Shown piece after piece: positions 1 to 9,600 of a stretch of 64,000 nucleotides of DNA. The position numbers and the translations under genes are program-made. The stretch comes from a virus, in the IMG/VR virus record IMGVR_UViG_2912445111_000002, positions 1,296 through 65,295 of that record, one strand, 5' to 3'. A model generated the notes under the pieces. That model saw only the letters and a list, made by a program, of their open reading frames with translations. It made no database searches and was not told where the DNA came from. Each line of letters starts with the position of its first letter. Positions within the stretch are counted from its first letter, which is position 1.

Positions 1-257
1 ATCCCCGGTATGTCGTGAGCATGGTCCGGTGCATTCTCGATTCCGCGATACGGCCGGTTATACTCGCCCTGGTTGATCTTGCGAATAACGTTCGCCATAA
101 GATCGCGGAACGCCAAGGCATCCCGCTTATCCGCCTCTACCTTTGCCAGTAGGGCGTCGATGGCGTCGGCGGCTTCATCGGCAAGATCCATGTGGTAACC
201 ACAAGCGCCCCGCAAATGCGCTGCCAGCGCTTTCATCTTGTCGGTGTCGATCGTCAT
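1..257 (-). CDS. Hypothetical phage protein, 3'-truncated by window edge (MTIDTDKMKALAAHLRG...)
   Basis: Hand-translated open frame; ATG abuts upstream TGA. Confidence 0.7.
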   Translation of the reverse strand, partial: MTIDTDKMKALAAHLRGACGYHMDLADEAADAIDALLAKVEADKRDALAFRDLMANVIRKINQGEYNRPYRGIENAPDHAHDIPG

Positions 258-518
258 TCACCACCTCACGATTGCGTACATGTTCACGAACTGCCCTTCT
301 TCGTAGAAGAAGTCGAGCGTGTAACCAAATTCCTTCAAGATCTTTTCGGCTTCTTTCCACGCTGCGCCGCGCTCGTAGCCGACATTAGCCCACCAGTCAT
401 GCAGGATGATTTTCCGCTGTTTCTTTTCGGCCGCAGCTCGGATCAATGGCTCAAGCGCCTCAACTCGCTCACGAATTGTCGGGCCGGCCAGTTCTCTTGC
501 TTCAGATGCTGGAATCAC
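258..518 (-). CDS. Hypothetical protein (MIPASEARELAG...)
   Basis: GTGA start/stop overlap with upstream gene. Confidence 0.7.
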   Translation of the reverse strand: MIPASEARELAGPTIRERVEALEPLIRAAAEKKQRKIILHDWWANVGYERGAAWKEAEKILKEFGYTLDFFYEEGQFVNMYAIVRW

Positions 519-847
519 GACTTCTCTCCCTTCTCTCCATTCGGGGCGGTCTTCATCTGGCGAATCGCTTCTGCGCAGGTCAATGCGCCTTGCATTGCCG
601 CAGCTACTACCCGATTCCGCTTCTTCCCGGTATCGATTGATGCCGACCATGCTTCGCACACCTTCGCGCACTCCTCGATGATCGAATCCCTGTCGGGAGT
701 GGTGCGGCGGGCGGAGAGCCAAAGATCGTAGAGATCGTGCATCTCATCGTCCCGGATCATGTCCAGCCCCCACCCTGATAGGCATTCGCATACAGCCGAT
801 CCGAAATCGCCATCGTTCTTCCAAACTTCGTGGTTTCTCTCAGTCAC
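515..847 (-). CDS. Hypothetical phage protein (IIEECAKVCE...CAEAIR motif)
   Basis: Coupled ORF with common phage early-gene motif. Confidence 0.7.
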   Translation of the reverse strand: MTERNHEVWKNDGDFGSAVCECLSGWGLDMIRDDEMHDLYDLWLSARRTTPDRDSIIEECAKVCEAWSASIDTGKKRNRVVAAAMQGALTCAEAIRQMKTAPNGEKGEKS

Positions 848-1019
848 GTTGTGGCTCCTTGTTGAGGCGCGCATCATCGATCTTGAAGATCATGTCGATC
901 ATTCTGGGATGCAGGGCGTGCTTGACTTCTTCCTTGCTGCATCCGGCCGTGTGTCGAAGCGTCAGCACGAACGCCATAACGCCGCTGGCTAGCCCCTCGG
1001 TTGTGAATGTCGGCTTCAT
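840..1019 (-). CDS. Hypothetical protein
   Basis: ATGA overlap, GGAG RBS. Confidence 0.65.
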   Translation of the reverse strand: MKPTFTTEGLASGVMAFVLTLRHTAGCSKEEVKHALHPRMIDMIFKIDDARLNKEPQRD

Positions 1020-1285
1020 GGCTTGCTCCGGGTGAGGGCGTATAGTTGGTGCGACCCATCTGGCAGCGACCCGGTGTACTCGAAGTCCCAGTTCACCATC
1101 GAGTCGATTTTCCGGAAGCGGTGTACAGACAGAATTCCGACCGGCTCCCCGCAAACTTTCTCCAGCACGGCGGCAGCGAACGCGACCCAGAGGTTCGGCG
1201 AGCATTTATTGCGCGCCTCCCACTCGGCATAGACACGTTCGTAGATGACGTCGATCTCGTCGGGCGTCAGAATCGGATCACTCAT
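1016..1285 (-). CDS. Hypothetical protein
   Basis: Coupled ORF with AGGAG RBS. Confidence 0.7.
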   Translation of the reverse strand: MSDPILTPDEIDVIYERVYAEWEARNKCSPNLWVAFAAAVLEKVCGEPVGILSVHRFRKIDSMVNWDFEYTGSLPDGSHQLYALTRSKP

Positions 1286-1583
1286 GAGAGGCTCCTGTGC
1301 GGTCACGAATCTCTTTCTCGAAAGCGGATGCCTCGCGCGCGGAACAAAACACGGCCAGTACGGACATGTCGCTGTGGCGCTTAACCAGGCGCGGTTTCAC
1401 CTCGTCTCGCGGCTCCGGCTGCTGGGTGGCGAGAAGGGCTCTGGCGCGCGCAAGGTTGTCGTCTCGCCAAGCCGTTTCATGCTTCCTGAATTCGCGCGAT
1501 GCGGCGTAGTCGGCAACGTCTTCGATCAGGTCTTGCAGCAACGAGCGCGGAATTGCCACGGAGTCTGTCAGCGTCTTACTCAT
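1278..1583 (-). CDS. Hypothetical protein
   Basis: Coupled ORF with GGAG RBS. Confidence 0.7.
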   Translation of the reverse strand: MSKTLTDSVAIPRSLLQDLIEDVADYAASREFRKHETAWRDDNLARARALLATQQPEPRDEVKPRLVKRHSDMSVLAVFCSAREASAFEKEIRDRTGASHE

Positions 1584-1896
1584 GCTTGGCTCCCGTGCGT
1601 TTGTTCCACTTCCGCGCAGCACTGCACATCGCTGTGCGGTGGATGCGAACAACGTCGTTGCGATCGGGAATCTGCGAACCGCCGCCGACCGGCGTGTTGC
1701 CGTGTGCCTCGGCGTCGCACTTCAGGCACTGAACCCAATACGACGGGGTGTGCGTGTTGACGAGTGCGAGCTTCGTGCTGCCGCAGAACGGACACGGCAG
1801 AAGATCATGACCGGCATGCTTTCCGTCGTCATTGAAGGCGGCGCCGAAATGGCCGTCGCCGCCGAAGATTTGGAGGCCCTTGATATGGTCAGGCAT
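1576..1896 (-). CDS. Lar-family restriction alleviation protein
   Basis: LLPCPFCGS...YWVQCLKC...AARKWNKR zinc-ribbon signature. Confidence 0.75.
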   Translation of the reverse strand: MPDHIKGLQIFGGDGHFGAAFNDDGKHAGHDLLPCPFCGSTKLALVNTHTPSYWVQCLKCDAEAHGNTPVGGGSQIPDRNDVVRIHRTAMCSAARKWNKRTGAKHE

Positions 1897-1913
1897 GGGA
1901 GTTCCCTTTTCCG

Positions 1914-2042
1914 TTAAAGCGCATCGCGCAGCATTTCGATTTCGTCGATCAGTGCGCCGAGATCGTCCTTCGTTTCCTGCGACGGTCGAGACTGGTCGGT
2001 CCAGTAACGCTTCACAATCGCGAGAAGTTCTTCGTATGTCAT
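1914..2042 (-). CDS. Small hypothetical protein (42 aa, MTYEELLAIVKRYW...)
   Basis: Hand-translated; ATGA overlap with upstream gene. Confidence 0.6.
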   Translation of the reverse strand: MTYEELLAIVKRYWTDQSRPSQETKDDLGALIDEIEMLRDAL

Positions 2043-2647
2043 TGCTTGTCACCTTTGAGAAGTTCGATGAGTGCTTCCTGAACGGTGTGCACTGACGGCG
2101 GAACCCATTTGAGCGCAACTTGGATCGCCTTACGCTGCTCATCCGTCAGCCCGACAGAAGCGGATGCCGGGGCGGGAGGGGGCGGGGCAGCGTAGAGTTT
2201 CGTGCCAACAGGAACATCGTCAGCGCGAAACGCGGCCATCGTGAATCCATCGGTGCCGGGCATCGTGCCGGCCTCGCCAACCGGCTCTACCGCCTGCGCG
2301 TCTGCCGGCGCTGCCGCTGCATCTGCGGAGGGAGAGGTGTCGTGCTCCATCAGATACTTCGCCAGTGCGCACGCAAAATCTGCGGCGAGCCGTTCGTCGA
2401 TATAGCGGCCGAAGTCGTGTCGGCAAAGGCGCTTCGCGAAGAACTCGGCAATGTAGCCTCGTCCTCCCGCGCTGGTGGTCACGTCATACGGCCCGATGGG
2501 TTGCGGCACCCCTCCCGCCACATCAGTGCGAGGGGCGCGAATAGCTTGCGCGAAATTAATCAAGTCATCCTCGCAGAACCGCACATATCCGTGAGCATCT
2601 ACTTCTGAATAATGGCTGGCCGTATCCATGATTTCGTCGTGGGTCAT
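2039..2647 (-). CDS. Hypothetical phage protein
   Basis: ATGA overlap; GTKLYAAPP motif typical of phage early mosaic proteins. Confidence 0.7.
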   Translation of the reverse strand: MTHDEIMDTASHYSEVDAHGYVRFCEDDLINFAQAIRAPRTDVAGGVPQPIGPYDVTTSAGGRGYIAEFFAKRLCRHDFGRYIDERLAADFACALAKYLMEHDTSPSADAAAAPADAQAVEPVGEAGTMPGTDGFTMAAFRADDVPVGTKLYAAPPPPAPASASVGLTDEQRKAIQVALKWVPPSVHTVQEALIELLKGDKQ

Positions 2648-3786
2648 TGCTTTTCTCCGTAGGTCACAGACACGACTCCATTTTTGCGGTCTTCCCATCC
2701 ATCGAGATAGGCTTGCTTTATATGAATCGCCAGTGCATCGCGGAATTGCTTATAGCCACATTGATCGGCCAACTGCCACAGTTCATTTGCGATCGAAGTG
2801 GATTCCCATCGCACCGGATCGGCTATCTGCGGCAGCGTCGCCCCTTCCGCCCCCGTCTCGTTGGCAGAGGAGGCGCGGGCAGCGTCACGTTCCTCTACAA
2901 CTCGCTTTACGGCAAGTGGCAATCCGTCGATTGTGGCGGCCGTCTCTGGCCCGATGTGTGCGGCGCATTGCTGGATGCACAGAGCTTGGCGGTGCGTACT
3001 CATGATCGCCGAATCACGCTCTGCAATCAGGGCCGCGCGCTCATCTTCTGCAATTGCAGGCGACGAGGCGCGGGCCAGATACCCGGCCAGGGCGGACGCG
3101 TAGTCGAAATTTGAGGGCGAGTTGGATTTCCACCACTTGTCGAACGCCGCCCGCTTGTCCGCCGGCGAGGGTGCGGGATTGGCTTTAGGCTTCGCCCTCA
3201 GGGCTTGTCGATGCCTTTGATGCTTGACAAAGAATCGAATCGCCCCATCGTCGTACCAATGCGCAGGCGTCGCCGATTCAAAGGCATTCATGATTTGTTC
3301 GGCGGCCATATCAAACGCGGCCGCGTACCAGCTTTCCCATGTTTCATCTTCTTCCGGCGGCATCTGGCCGAAATTCGCGAGGATGTCATACACCTCGACG
3401 CGAACACGGTCGATTCGGTCGATCGGCGCTACTGCGGGCGCGCCCGCACGGCGATAAAGCGGCTCGGCCATGGTGATGTCGTAACCGTATGCAGGACGCG
3501 TGAAAGAGAGTTCCGGCTTTTCATAGCCGGCAAACTCACCGTCAACCGTCTTGACCGGATAGTTGATCCATGCCGCTACGAGCTCGTCGATCGGTGCTGC
3601 TTCGTGCTGCTCGACAGACGCCTCGAGGAGTGCTTGCCGGAAGGCGCCCCGCAAATTGCGGCGGGCGTCGATGCGCTCTTTGAGTGGTCCATCTTGCAAC
3701 GCCTCCTGATACCCGTCCAAAAGAACGTCGAACTCGGTCAGGCGAGCGGTCAGCGCATCAGCGCGGGTCTTGTCGGTGGTCTTCAT
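2644..3786 (-). CDS. Hypothetical mosaic phage protein (380 aa)
   Basis: Long ORF with GAGG RBS. Confidence 0.75.
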   Translation of the reverse strand: MKTTDKTRADALTARLTEFDVLLDGYQEALQDGPLKERIDARRNLRGAFRQALLEASVEQHEAAPIDELVAAWINYPVKTVDGEFAGYEKPELSFTRPAYGYDITMAEPLYRRAGAPAVAPIDRIDRVRVEVYDILANFGQMPPEEDETWESWYAAAFDMAAEQIMNAFESATPAHWYDDGAIRFFVKHQRHRQALRAKPKANPAPSPADKRAAFDKWWKSNSPSNFDYASALAGYLARASSPAIAEDERAALIAERDSAIMSTHRQALCIQQCAAHIGPETAATIDGLPLAVKRVVEERDAARASSANETGAEGATLPQIADPVRWESTSIANELWQLADQCGYKQFRDALAIHIKQAYLDGWEDRKNGVVSVTYGEKQ

Positions 3787-3801
3787 GGTGGTCCTCAGGT
3801 G

Positions 3802-4800
3802 TCAGGCGAGCGCGAGCCCCGGCTGACGCAGCCGCTCGCGTTGCAGGGATTCGTAGTCAGGATTCAGTTCGCAGCCAAGGAAGCGCCGCCCGAGTCGCTG
3901 CGCAACCTGGCCGGTCGTGCCGCTGCCGAAGAACGGATCGAACACGACATCGCCTGGCCGGCTGCCGGCGAGCACGCAGGGCTCGACGAGCGCTTCAGGG
4001 AAGGCGGCGAAGTGCGCGCCTTCGTACGGCTTCGTCGCGATCGTCCATACTGAACGCTTATTCGCGCCAGCGATCTCGCCATCGGGCGTCAACTTCGGTT
4101 GACGCTCCTTGACCGTTCGCCCCCAGTTGTCCGACTTCACGGCGCCAAGGCTGTCGTTTCCTTGCGCCCGGTGTTTCGTGCCGAACGTAGTGAACGTTTT
4201 TTCGGCCAGCGGCTCGCGAATGGCGTCAGCGTCAAAGTAGTACTTTGGCCCCTTGCTGAGCAGGAACAGGTATTCGTGCGCCTTCGTGCAGCGATCGCGC
4301 ACGCTCTCGGGCATCGGGTTCGGCTTGTGCCAGATGATGTCCTGCCGGAGATACCAGCCGGCGTCCTGAAGCGCGAACGCGAGTCGCCACGGCTGCCCCA
4401 TCAGGTCTTTCACCTTCAGGCCATCGACGCCCGCCTTCCGGTTGCTCAGGCAGACGTTCTCTTTCGCGCGAGTGCGTCCGGCGAACAGTTCGCCGCGCAT
4501 TGGCGTTTGTCCGCCTGACGACGCGTAGCTGTCGCCCATGTTCAGCCATAGTGTGCCGTCATCCGCAAGCAGCTCGCGAGCGAGATCGAACACGCCGACC
4601 AGCGTGTCGATAAATTCGCGCAGCGTGGCTTCCCGACCGATCTCGCGATGCTTGTCCGGGTGGCCGTCGGGAAGATACGAGCGCAGGCCCCAGTACGGCG
4701 GGCTCGTCACGATCGTCTGCACCTTCACGCCGTCGGCGATCATCGCGCGCATCAAGTCGCGGCAGTCGCCGCGGTGGGATTTATCGAGCCAGTCGCTCAT
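3802..4800 (-). CDS. Orphan beta-class amino DNA methyltransferase (N4-C/N6-A family)
   Basis: Catalytic TSPPY precedes SAM-binding [10 protein letters not shown]. Confidence 0.93.
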   Translation of the reverse strand: MSDWLDKSHRGDCRDLMRAMIADGVKVQTIVTSPPYWGLRSYLPDGHPDKHREIGREATLREFIDTLVGVFDLARELLADDGTLWLNMGDSYASSGGQTPMRGELFAGRTRAKENVCLSNRKAGVDGLKVKDLMGQPWRLAFALQDAGWYLRQDIIWHKPNPMPESVRDRCTKAHEYLFLLSKGPKYYFDADAIREPLAEKTFTTFGTKHRAQGNDSLGAVKSDNWGRTVKERQPKLTPDGEIAGANKRSVWTIATKPYEGAHFAAFPEALVEPCVLAGSRPGDVVFDPFFGSGTTGQVAQRLGRRFLGCELNPDYESLQRERLRQPGLALA

Positions 4801-4835
4801 CGCATCCTCTGTTAAGTGGTCAGCCTCAATGGCAG

Positions 4836-5399
4836 TTATTCCGCGTCGATCATTCGCGAGAAGAGGTCGTGGGCGCTGGCTTGGAGTTGCTTTACGGTCG
4901 GTTCAAGCTTCGCCCATGCGGCGTCCCATGCGGCGTCCCATGCGGCGGCCCGTGCGGCGTTCGCGTCTTTTTTGGCGGCATCCAGCTTCGGTTGAGCTGC
5001 CTGCAAATCAGCCACGCAAACGATCTGCGGCAACGCCTTCAGCGCCTCGGCGTGACGGACCAATCCGGGATTCAGCGCGAGCCACGCGGGCGTGTAGGTG
5101 CGGATGAGCCAGTCCATCGCCATCCAGCTGCGCTTTTGCGAAAGCTCGTCGCCCTTGTTAGTTCCGGGGAGACGGGTGATGTATACCTTCAACTGAGCGC
5201 GTTCGTCGTCCGATCGCATCCCGTCGTTCCACGAACGCCCGAACTGCGCGAGGACCGGATCGACGCATGCAGGCGAGTCGCTGAAATCCTCACCGGTAAA
5301 GAGGGAAACCACTTCGAGCAGGCAGTGACCGTGCTCGGGTGAATCGTGCGCGCCGTGATTGATAGAGATGTTGTCGAGATCTTCAATGGTCAGCTTCAT
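4836..5399 (-). CDS. Hypothetical phage protein with AAWD repeats
   Basis: ORF with RBS; C-terminal [12 protein letters not shown]. Confidence 0.8.
   Translation of the reverse strand: MKLTIEDLDNISINHGAHDSPEHGHCLLEVVSLFTGEDFSDSPACVDPVLAQFGRSWNDGMRSDDERAQLKVYITRLPGTNKGDELSQKRSWMAMDWLIRTYTPAWLALNPGLVRHAEALKALPQIVCVADLQAAQPKLDAAKKDANAARAAAWDAAWDAAWAKLEPTVKQLQASAHDLFSRMIDAE
4913..4960. repeat. 12-bp tandem repeat x4 (CCCATGCGGCGT)
   Basis: Read directly; encodes AAWD units. Confidence 0.85.
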
Positions 5400-5557
5400 G
5401 TGGAATCCTGTTTAAAGTTCAGCCTCAACGGCAAAAAGTTGGGCGCTTTACTAGCCGCCCTAATCACCACGGGGAAATAAGGCGCACCACTCCACCCGGC
5501 GGAGAAGCGCCGTCCGTTTGTCGGCCTATTCCTGTGTGGGTGGGTGGCGCGTGGAGG

Positions 5558-6325
5558 TTAAGCCGCTTGTTTGCGGAGGGCGGCTTCGTATTGGTCGACA
5601 AGCAACGCGAATTGCCAGAGATCGGCTTCCATCTTTGCGATGAATTCATCGTCGCGCTGCACTTCGATCATCGTGAATTGCTTCTCTGCAGCAGATAGCG
5701 CAGGACAGTACAGGCCAACGTGCCACCAATCACGCCCACAGAGCCACATACAACCTTGCGCCTGCTCTTTCACTTCACCGATGTCATGTTCAAGGATGAT
5801 TGACCGCAGCTTGGCGGGATCAATAAAGCACTTATATTCGCTGCCGCCATTCGGGTCGATCAGGCCGTCTGCGCTCGCGCCAAACAGGCCATCATCCGTT
5901 TTCACAAAGCCTGCGCGCTTCACAAAAAGGCCGGTTTTGGCCTCATGTTCCATGCGGGCCTCTGGCTCCAGATCATGGCCGCGCTTCATTTGCCATGTCT
6001 CGAAGCCTTCGTCCAGCGGCTCGCCACTGATTCGCTCGATTGCGAGACGGAACGCGTAGTCCTTCGCCGCGTCCGAATAATCACCGACCTTTTCGCCGTT
6101 GAGCGCGCGTGTGATAATGTCGGAGCGCGGCAGGGCCTTATAGCCTGCTGCCTCCGCAGCCGCCTTTTCCGGGGTGCCGGCCAGCCGCAACTTGACGAAA
6201 TACTCTTGTCGCTCGTCAAGCGTTCCGACCTTCTGCCGCGCCGTGGCGAACATGCTGGCCGTTATGCACCCGGCGCGCGCACGGTGCCATTCCTCCCCGC
6301 CTTGGGCGCATTCGATGAGAATCAT
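5558..6325 (-). CDS. YqaJ/lambda-exonuclease family recombination nuclease
   Basis: EWHRARAGCITAS, MKRGHDLEPEAR, GASADG...EYKC, QAQGCMW motifs. Confidence 0.9.
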   Translation of the reverse strand: MILIECAQGGEEWHRARAGCITASMFATARQKVGTLDERQEYFVKLRLAGTPEKAAAEAAGYKALPRSDIITRALNGEKVGDYSDAAKDYAFRLAIERISGEPLDEGFETWQMKRGHDLEPEARMEHEAKTGLFVKRAGFVKTDDGLFGASADGLIDPNGGSEYKCFIDPAKLRSIILEHDIGEVKEQAQGCMWLCGRDWWHVGLYCPALSAAEKQFTMIEVQRDDEFIAKMEADLWQFALLVDQYEAALRKQAA

Positions 6326-7236
6326 TTCTGACCTCCTTCGGCTGCCAATTGGCGTTGGAAATCTGCTTCCAGTTCGGCATCATCCGAGCCCGGTTCACGC
6401 GGCGGCGGTTCGGCTGACTGCACTAGCGTCTTCGGCGGCAATCCCTTGCTCTTGGCCTCCATCGCGGCTTTGAAAGCATCGGACGCAGCAGCGTCCTTCG
6501 CTGCGTTGATCTCCTTCACACCACGCTTCCAGAGGGCATCGAATTCATCGCGCGTTTTGACGGACTGAGCTTCGGCGACCAACTTAAGTCCCAAAGCACT
6601 CAGAATCGGCTCGCCCGGCTCATCGTCGTGTCGGTACTCTTCCGGCAAGTCTTCAATGTCTTGCGTGAAGATATCGGAGGCGCCGGTCACGTTCAGTGTC
6701 ATGGCAATCTTGGCGCGCTTGCAGGCCATCTTGAGGATGGTGTTCGCCTGATCGGCAGACTCGGTGCGGATCTGCTGTTTCTTCTCGACCTTGTTTTGCC
6801 ACTTCGAGAATTTCAGGCGGCGAAGGTTCTCAGGCGTGACCTCGAATTCTTCGGCGCATATTGCTCCACGCCACTTGTATTTTTCTTCATGGGACGAACA
6901 CTCACCCATCCCCTCGCCCAACACGACACCAGTAATCTGATGGACGCCGATGCAGCGCACGCGGTATCGCGCCATGCCATCCACCGTCAAATCCTCGATC
7001 TCATATTTATCGGCGATGCGGAATGTCACGCACAGCACTTCTGCACCAGGCTTGTACAGCGATGGCTTCTTCGTTCCGGGAATTACGCCATAGTGCGTGT
7101 CTTCCTTCATGATTGAACGCATCACTTCCTGCACGAGATTGACGCGCTGGCGAATTTCGACGGCGGAAAATTGATGCACTTCGGCAGATACGATTCCAGC
7201 CGCTTCGCGGCGCGGCATCTCAATGATCTCGTTCAC
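6322..7236 (-). CDS. Putative single-strand annealing/recombination protein
   Basis: Occupies the Bet/RecT slot next to the exonuclease; function inferred from position only. Confidence 0.55.
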   Translation of the reverse strand: MNEIIEMPRREAAGIVSAEVHQFSAVEIRQRVNLVQEVMRSIMKEDTHYGVIPGTKKPSLYKPGAEVLCVTFRIADKYEIEDLTVDGMARYRVRCIGVHQITGVVLGEGMGECSSHEEKYKWRGAICAEEFEVTPENLRRLKFSKWQNKVEKKQQIRTESADQANTILKMACKRAKIAMTLNVTGASDIFTQDIEDLPEEYRHDDEPGEPILSALGLKLVAEAQSVKTRDEFDALWKRGVKEINAAKDAAASDAFKAAMEAKSKGLPPKTLVQSAEPPPREPGSDDAELEADFQRQLAAEGGQK

Positions 7237-8417
7237 GCCACCTCCTTCAATGCCGCCCATGCATGTCGAGTAAGCCAGTGCAGGACGACGTCGGTTGATA
7301 CATCCCAATTGTTGGCGAGCACTTCGAGGATTTCGGTTGGCTCCGGGCCATTTGCCTCGAACTCGACTTGCTCGCGACGGATTCGTTCGGCTTCAGCGGC
7401 GCGGCGCTCTGCCTCGATCCGCTGCTGCTCCGCAAAGATCCGATCGGCTTCCTCCTGTGCGATTCGCGCGGCTTCGGCCTCTTCCGCTTCACGCTTGGCT
7501 CGGACTTCGGCTTCAACACGCGCAGCTTCGGCCTCAATCGCCGCTTGTTTCTCGCGTTCGATGCGCGCGGCCTCGTCGGCCTGACGCTGGCGCTCGGCTT
7601 CGATCACGGCGCGCTGGCGATCAAGCTCTTCCTGCTGCGCTCGCATACGGGCTTCGTGTTCCTCCTGTTGCTTGCGCATGGCTGCTGCGGCTTGTTCCTG
7701 CACCGCCCGTTGCTCTGCCGCGATGCGCTCGCGTTCGGCACGCTCGGCTTCTTCGCGCTCGCGCTGCGCGGCCAGCTCGGCGCGCTGGCGTTCCAGTTCC
7801 TCGCGTTCGGCAGCGAGCCGCGCGGCTTCGGCTTCCTGCGCGACGGCTGCGGCGTGCAGCTCGCGCAGCTTGTCGAGCGTCGTGCCGCGCGCCATTTCGG
7901 CTTCGCCGGTCAGCTCGGCGAAGTGCTCGACGTCGATCTGCAGGGCGACGACGATGCGGATGACGCTTTCGATGTGGGCGGCCGACTTACCGGCGACGGC
8001 TGTCACCTGCGCGCCGATATCAGCGATGCGCCCGCGGATCTCGGCGACGCGACGTTGCTCGGCTTCGAGCTTCGCGCGCTTCTCGGCTTCGCGTTCTTCG
8101 TCCCACGCGTCGCGCAGGCTGAGCAGCCGCTTTTCTTCCGGCTCGGTGATCGCGATCAGGCGGTTCTCCTCGGCGATCACCGCTTTCGAGAACGCGTTCG
8201 CGTCGTCGCGCGCGGCCTTCGCCGCCTTCTGAATGTCGGTGCGCGCGGTGCGCAGCACCATCGCGGCGCCGTGCACCTGGTCGCGCGCTGCCGCGTTCTT
8301 GATCTCGACCATGTCGGTCGACTTCGCGACCAGTTCGCGCAGCGTCGTCTCGCGCTCGGTCGACGTCAGCGCGACAGCCGCGCGCTCGATGACGGTCAAT
8401 TGTGTTTGTTCTGTCAC
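7233..8417 (-). CDS. Coiled-coil (Ala/Glu/Arg-rich) phage protein
   Basis: Long EAER-rich helical ORF, AGGAGAGG RBS. Confidence 0.8.
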   Translation of the reverse strand: MTEQTQLTVIERAAVALTSTERETTLRELVAKSTDMVEIKNAAARDQVHGAAMVLRTARTDIQKAAKAARDDANAFSKAVIAEENRLIAITEPEEKRLLSLRDAWDEEREAEKRAKLEAEQRRVAEIRGRIADIGAQVTAVAGKSAAHIESVIRIVVALQIDVEHFAELTGEAEMARGTTLDKLRELHAAAVAQEAEAARLAAEREELERQRAELAAQREREEAERAERERIAAEQRAVQEQAAAAMRKQQEEHEARMRAQQEELDRQRAVIEAERQRQADEAARIEREKQAAIEAEAARVEAEVRAKREAEEAEAARIAQEEADRIFAEQQRIEAERRAAEAERIRREQVEFEANGPEPTEILEVLANNWDVSTDVVLHWLTRHAWAALKEVA

Positions 8418-8426
8418 GATCCTCTC

Positions 8427-8609
8427 CTATTCCAAATTGCGCCGATGCCACTCGGCGACCAACGCATCCAGTTCCGCCCCAACCGCCTCCCTGGCATGCT
8501 TCTCATCGCGCCACTGGTTGCCGTCGGCGAGTTCGTAGCGGCGACGGGCGTTCGAGGCCACGTTGATCTGCGCCAGCAGCTCGCGCTGGCTCATGGTTGC
8601 GATGTTCAT
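8427..8609 (-). CDS. Hypothetical protein
   Basis: ATGA overlap, GGAG RBS. Confidence 0.65.
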   Translation of the reverse strand: MNIATMSQRELLAQINVASNARRRYELADGNQWRDEKHAREAVGAELDALVAEWHRRNLE

Positions 8610-8931
8610 GTCGACTCCAGATCGCGAATCTCGTCGCGCAGACGATTCATCTCTTTCTCTGCGTCGTCTGCGCGCTCGCATTCCTTGTTGCCCCAATCGC
8701 GCAGCGCATCATTTGCCGCCCGCAATTTCTCGAGCGGTGATGACCTTCCTTCGAAAACTTGGCGAAGATTGGCGGCCTGAGCCCCGAGATCTTCCGTTTG
8801 CGATGAAAGTGCGGTCGAATCGATTTGGTCGGCCACCTCATCCAAGCGATCCGCCACCCCTTCGAGGGTAGAAATGATTGCGTCGATATCGGGCAGGTAT
8901 AGCCGACCGGTGCGTTATCGCGGTATTTCAT
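8606..8931 (-). pseudogene. Frameshifted hypothetical phage protein (MKYRDNAPVGYTCP/DIDAIISTLEG...LRAANDALRDWG)
   Basis: Adding one base to the G run at 8891-8893 joins two frames into one coupled ~108-aa ORF. Confidence 0.65.
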
Positions 8932-9086
8932 GTCCAATTCCTCGACGTCATCATCTGCATGCGCAACTTCGTCGTGTTGGCGCGGTCGATCTGGTTGGCG
9001 GCATACAAGCAGCCGAACACGATTCCAGTCGTGATGGCGACGGCCAAAATCCGATGGCGAGCCGCCCAGCGATCTAGCTTGTTCAT
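8928..9086 (-). CDS. Small membrane protein (52 aa)
   Basis: Hand-translated; ILAVAITTGIVFGCLYAA hydrophobic stretch; ATGA overlaps on both sides. Confidence 0.65.
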   Translation of the reverse strand: MNKLDRWAARHRILAVAITTGIVFGCLYAANQIDRANTTKLRMQMMTSRNWT

Positions 9087-9400
9087 GCCAACTCCGTAAG
9101 GTCGATTTCAAAGTCGTCGAATTCGAAATCATCAAAATCAATGATCCTGATTCCGGTGCTTCCATCCATCTTTGGGAATCCTTCTTCAGTTCCTTCGCGC
9201 AGTCCCTTCAATGGACTCCATGAGGCAACGCTGTCGCGTAGCGCTACCAGATAGACCAACTTCAGCCATTCTTCAAACGTGGGTTTGCTCGACCAAAAAT
9301 CACTACATTCCTTGAACTTGTCCTGTGTGAATATAGAATGGTCAATCTCAATGGTCATCCGCGAGGCGCCGGAATATTCGAGTTGATAGGCCTTCTTCAT
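9083..9400 (-). CDS. Lambda Ea10-like (DUF2528) protein
   Basis: IEIDH...FWS...EGFPKMDGSTGIRI resembles Ea10 EGWPPMDGSEGIRI. Confidence 0.7.
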   Translation of the reverse strand: MKKAYQLEYSGASRMTIEIDHSIFTQDKFKECSDFWSSKPTFEEWLKLVYLVALRDSVASWSPLKGLREGTEEGFPKMDGSTGIRIIDFDDFEFDDFEIDLTELA

Positions 9401-9600
9401 GCGGCACCTTTCTTCGTCAGCTCCGGCACATACCGTCCGTCATAGTTCTTCGCTAGCAACCAGTGATTGCCGAGGAACGAGATCTTCCGCCGCGCCTGTG
9501 CCTTGTTGGCGTTGCCCGTATGGCGCAGTTCGGCTTCCAGTCGCTCGGACTGGGTGAGGCATACGTTTGTGCGCACGTGGCGCAGGTCTGTCATTTGCAT
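9397..9600 (-). CDS. Hypothetical protein
   Basis: Coupled ORF. Confidence 0.65.
   Translation of the reverse strand: MQMTDLRHVRTNVCLTQSERLEAELRHTGNANKAQARRKISFLGNHWLLAKNYDGRYVPELTKKGAA

Noticed and set aside
7368..8780. Long antisense ORFs (7368-8780; also 15625-17007, 22610-23815, 46948-48849)
   Set aside because: Shadow frames of GC-rich or repetitive genes with no independent motifs or RBS
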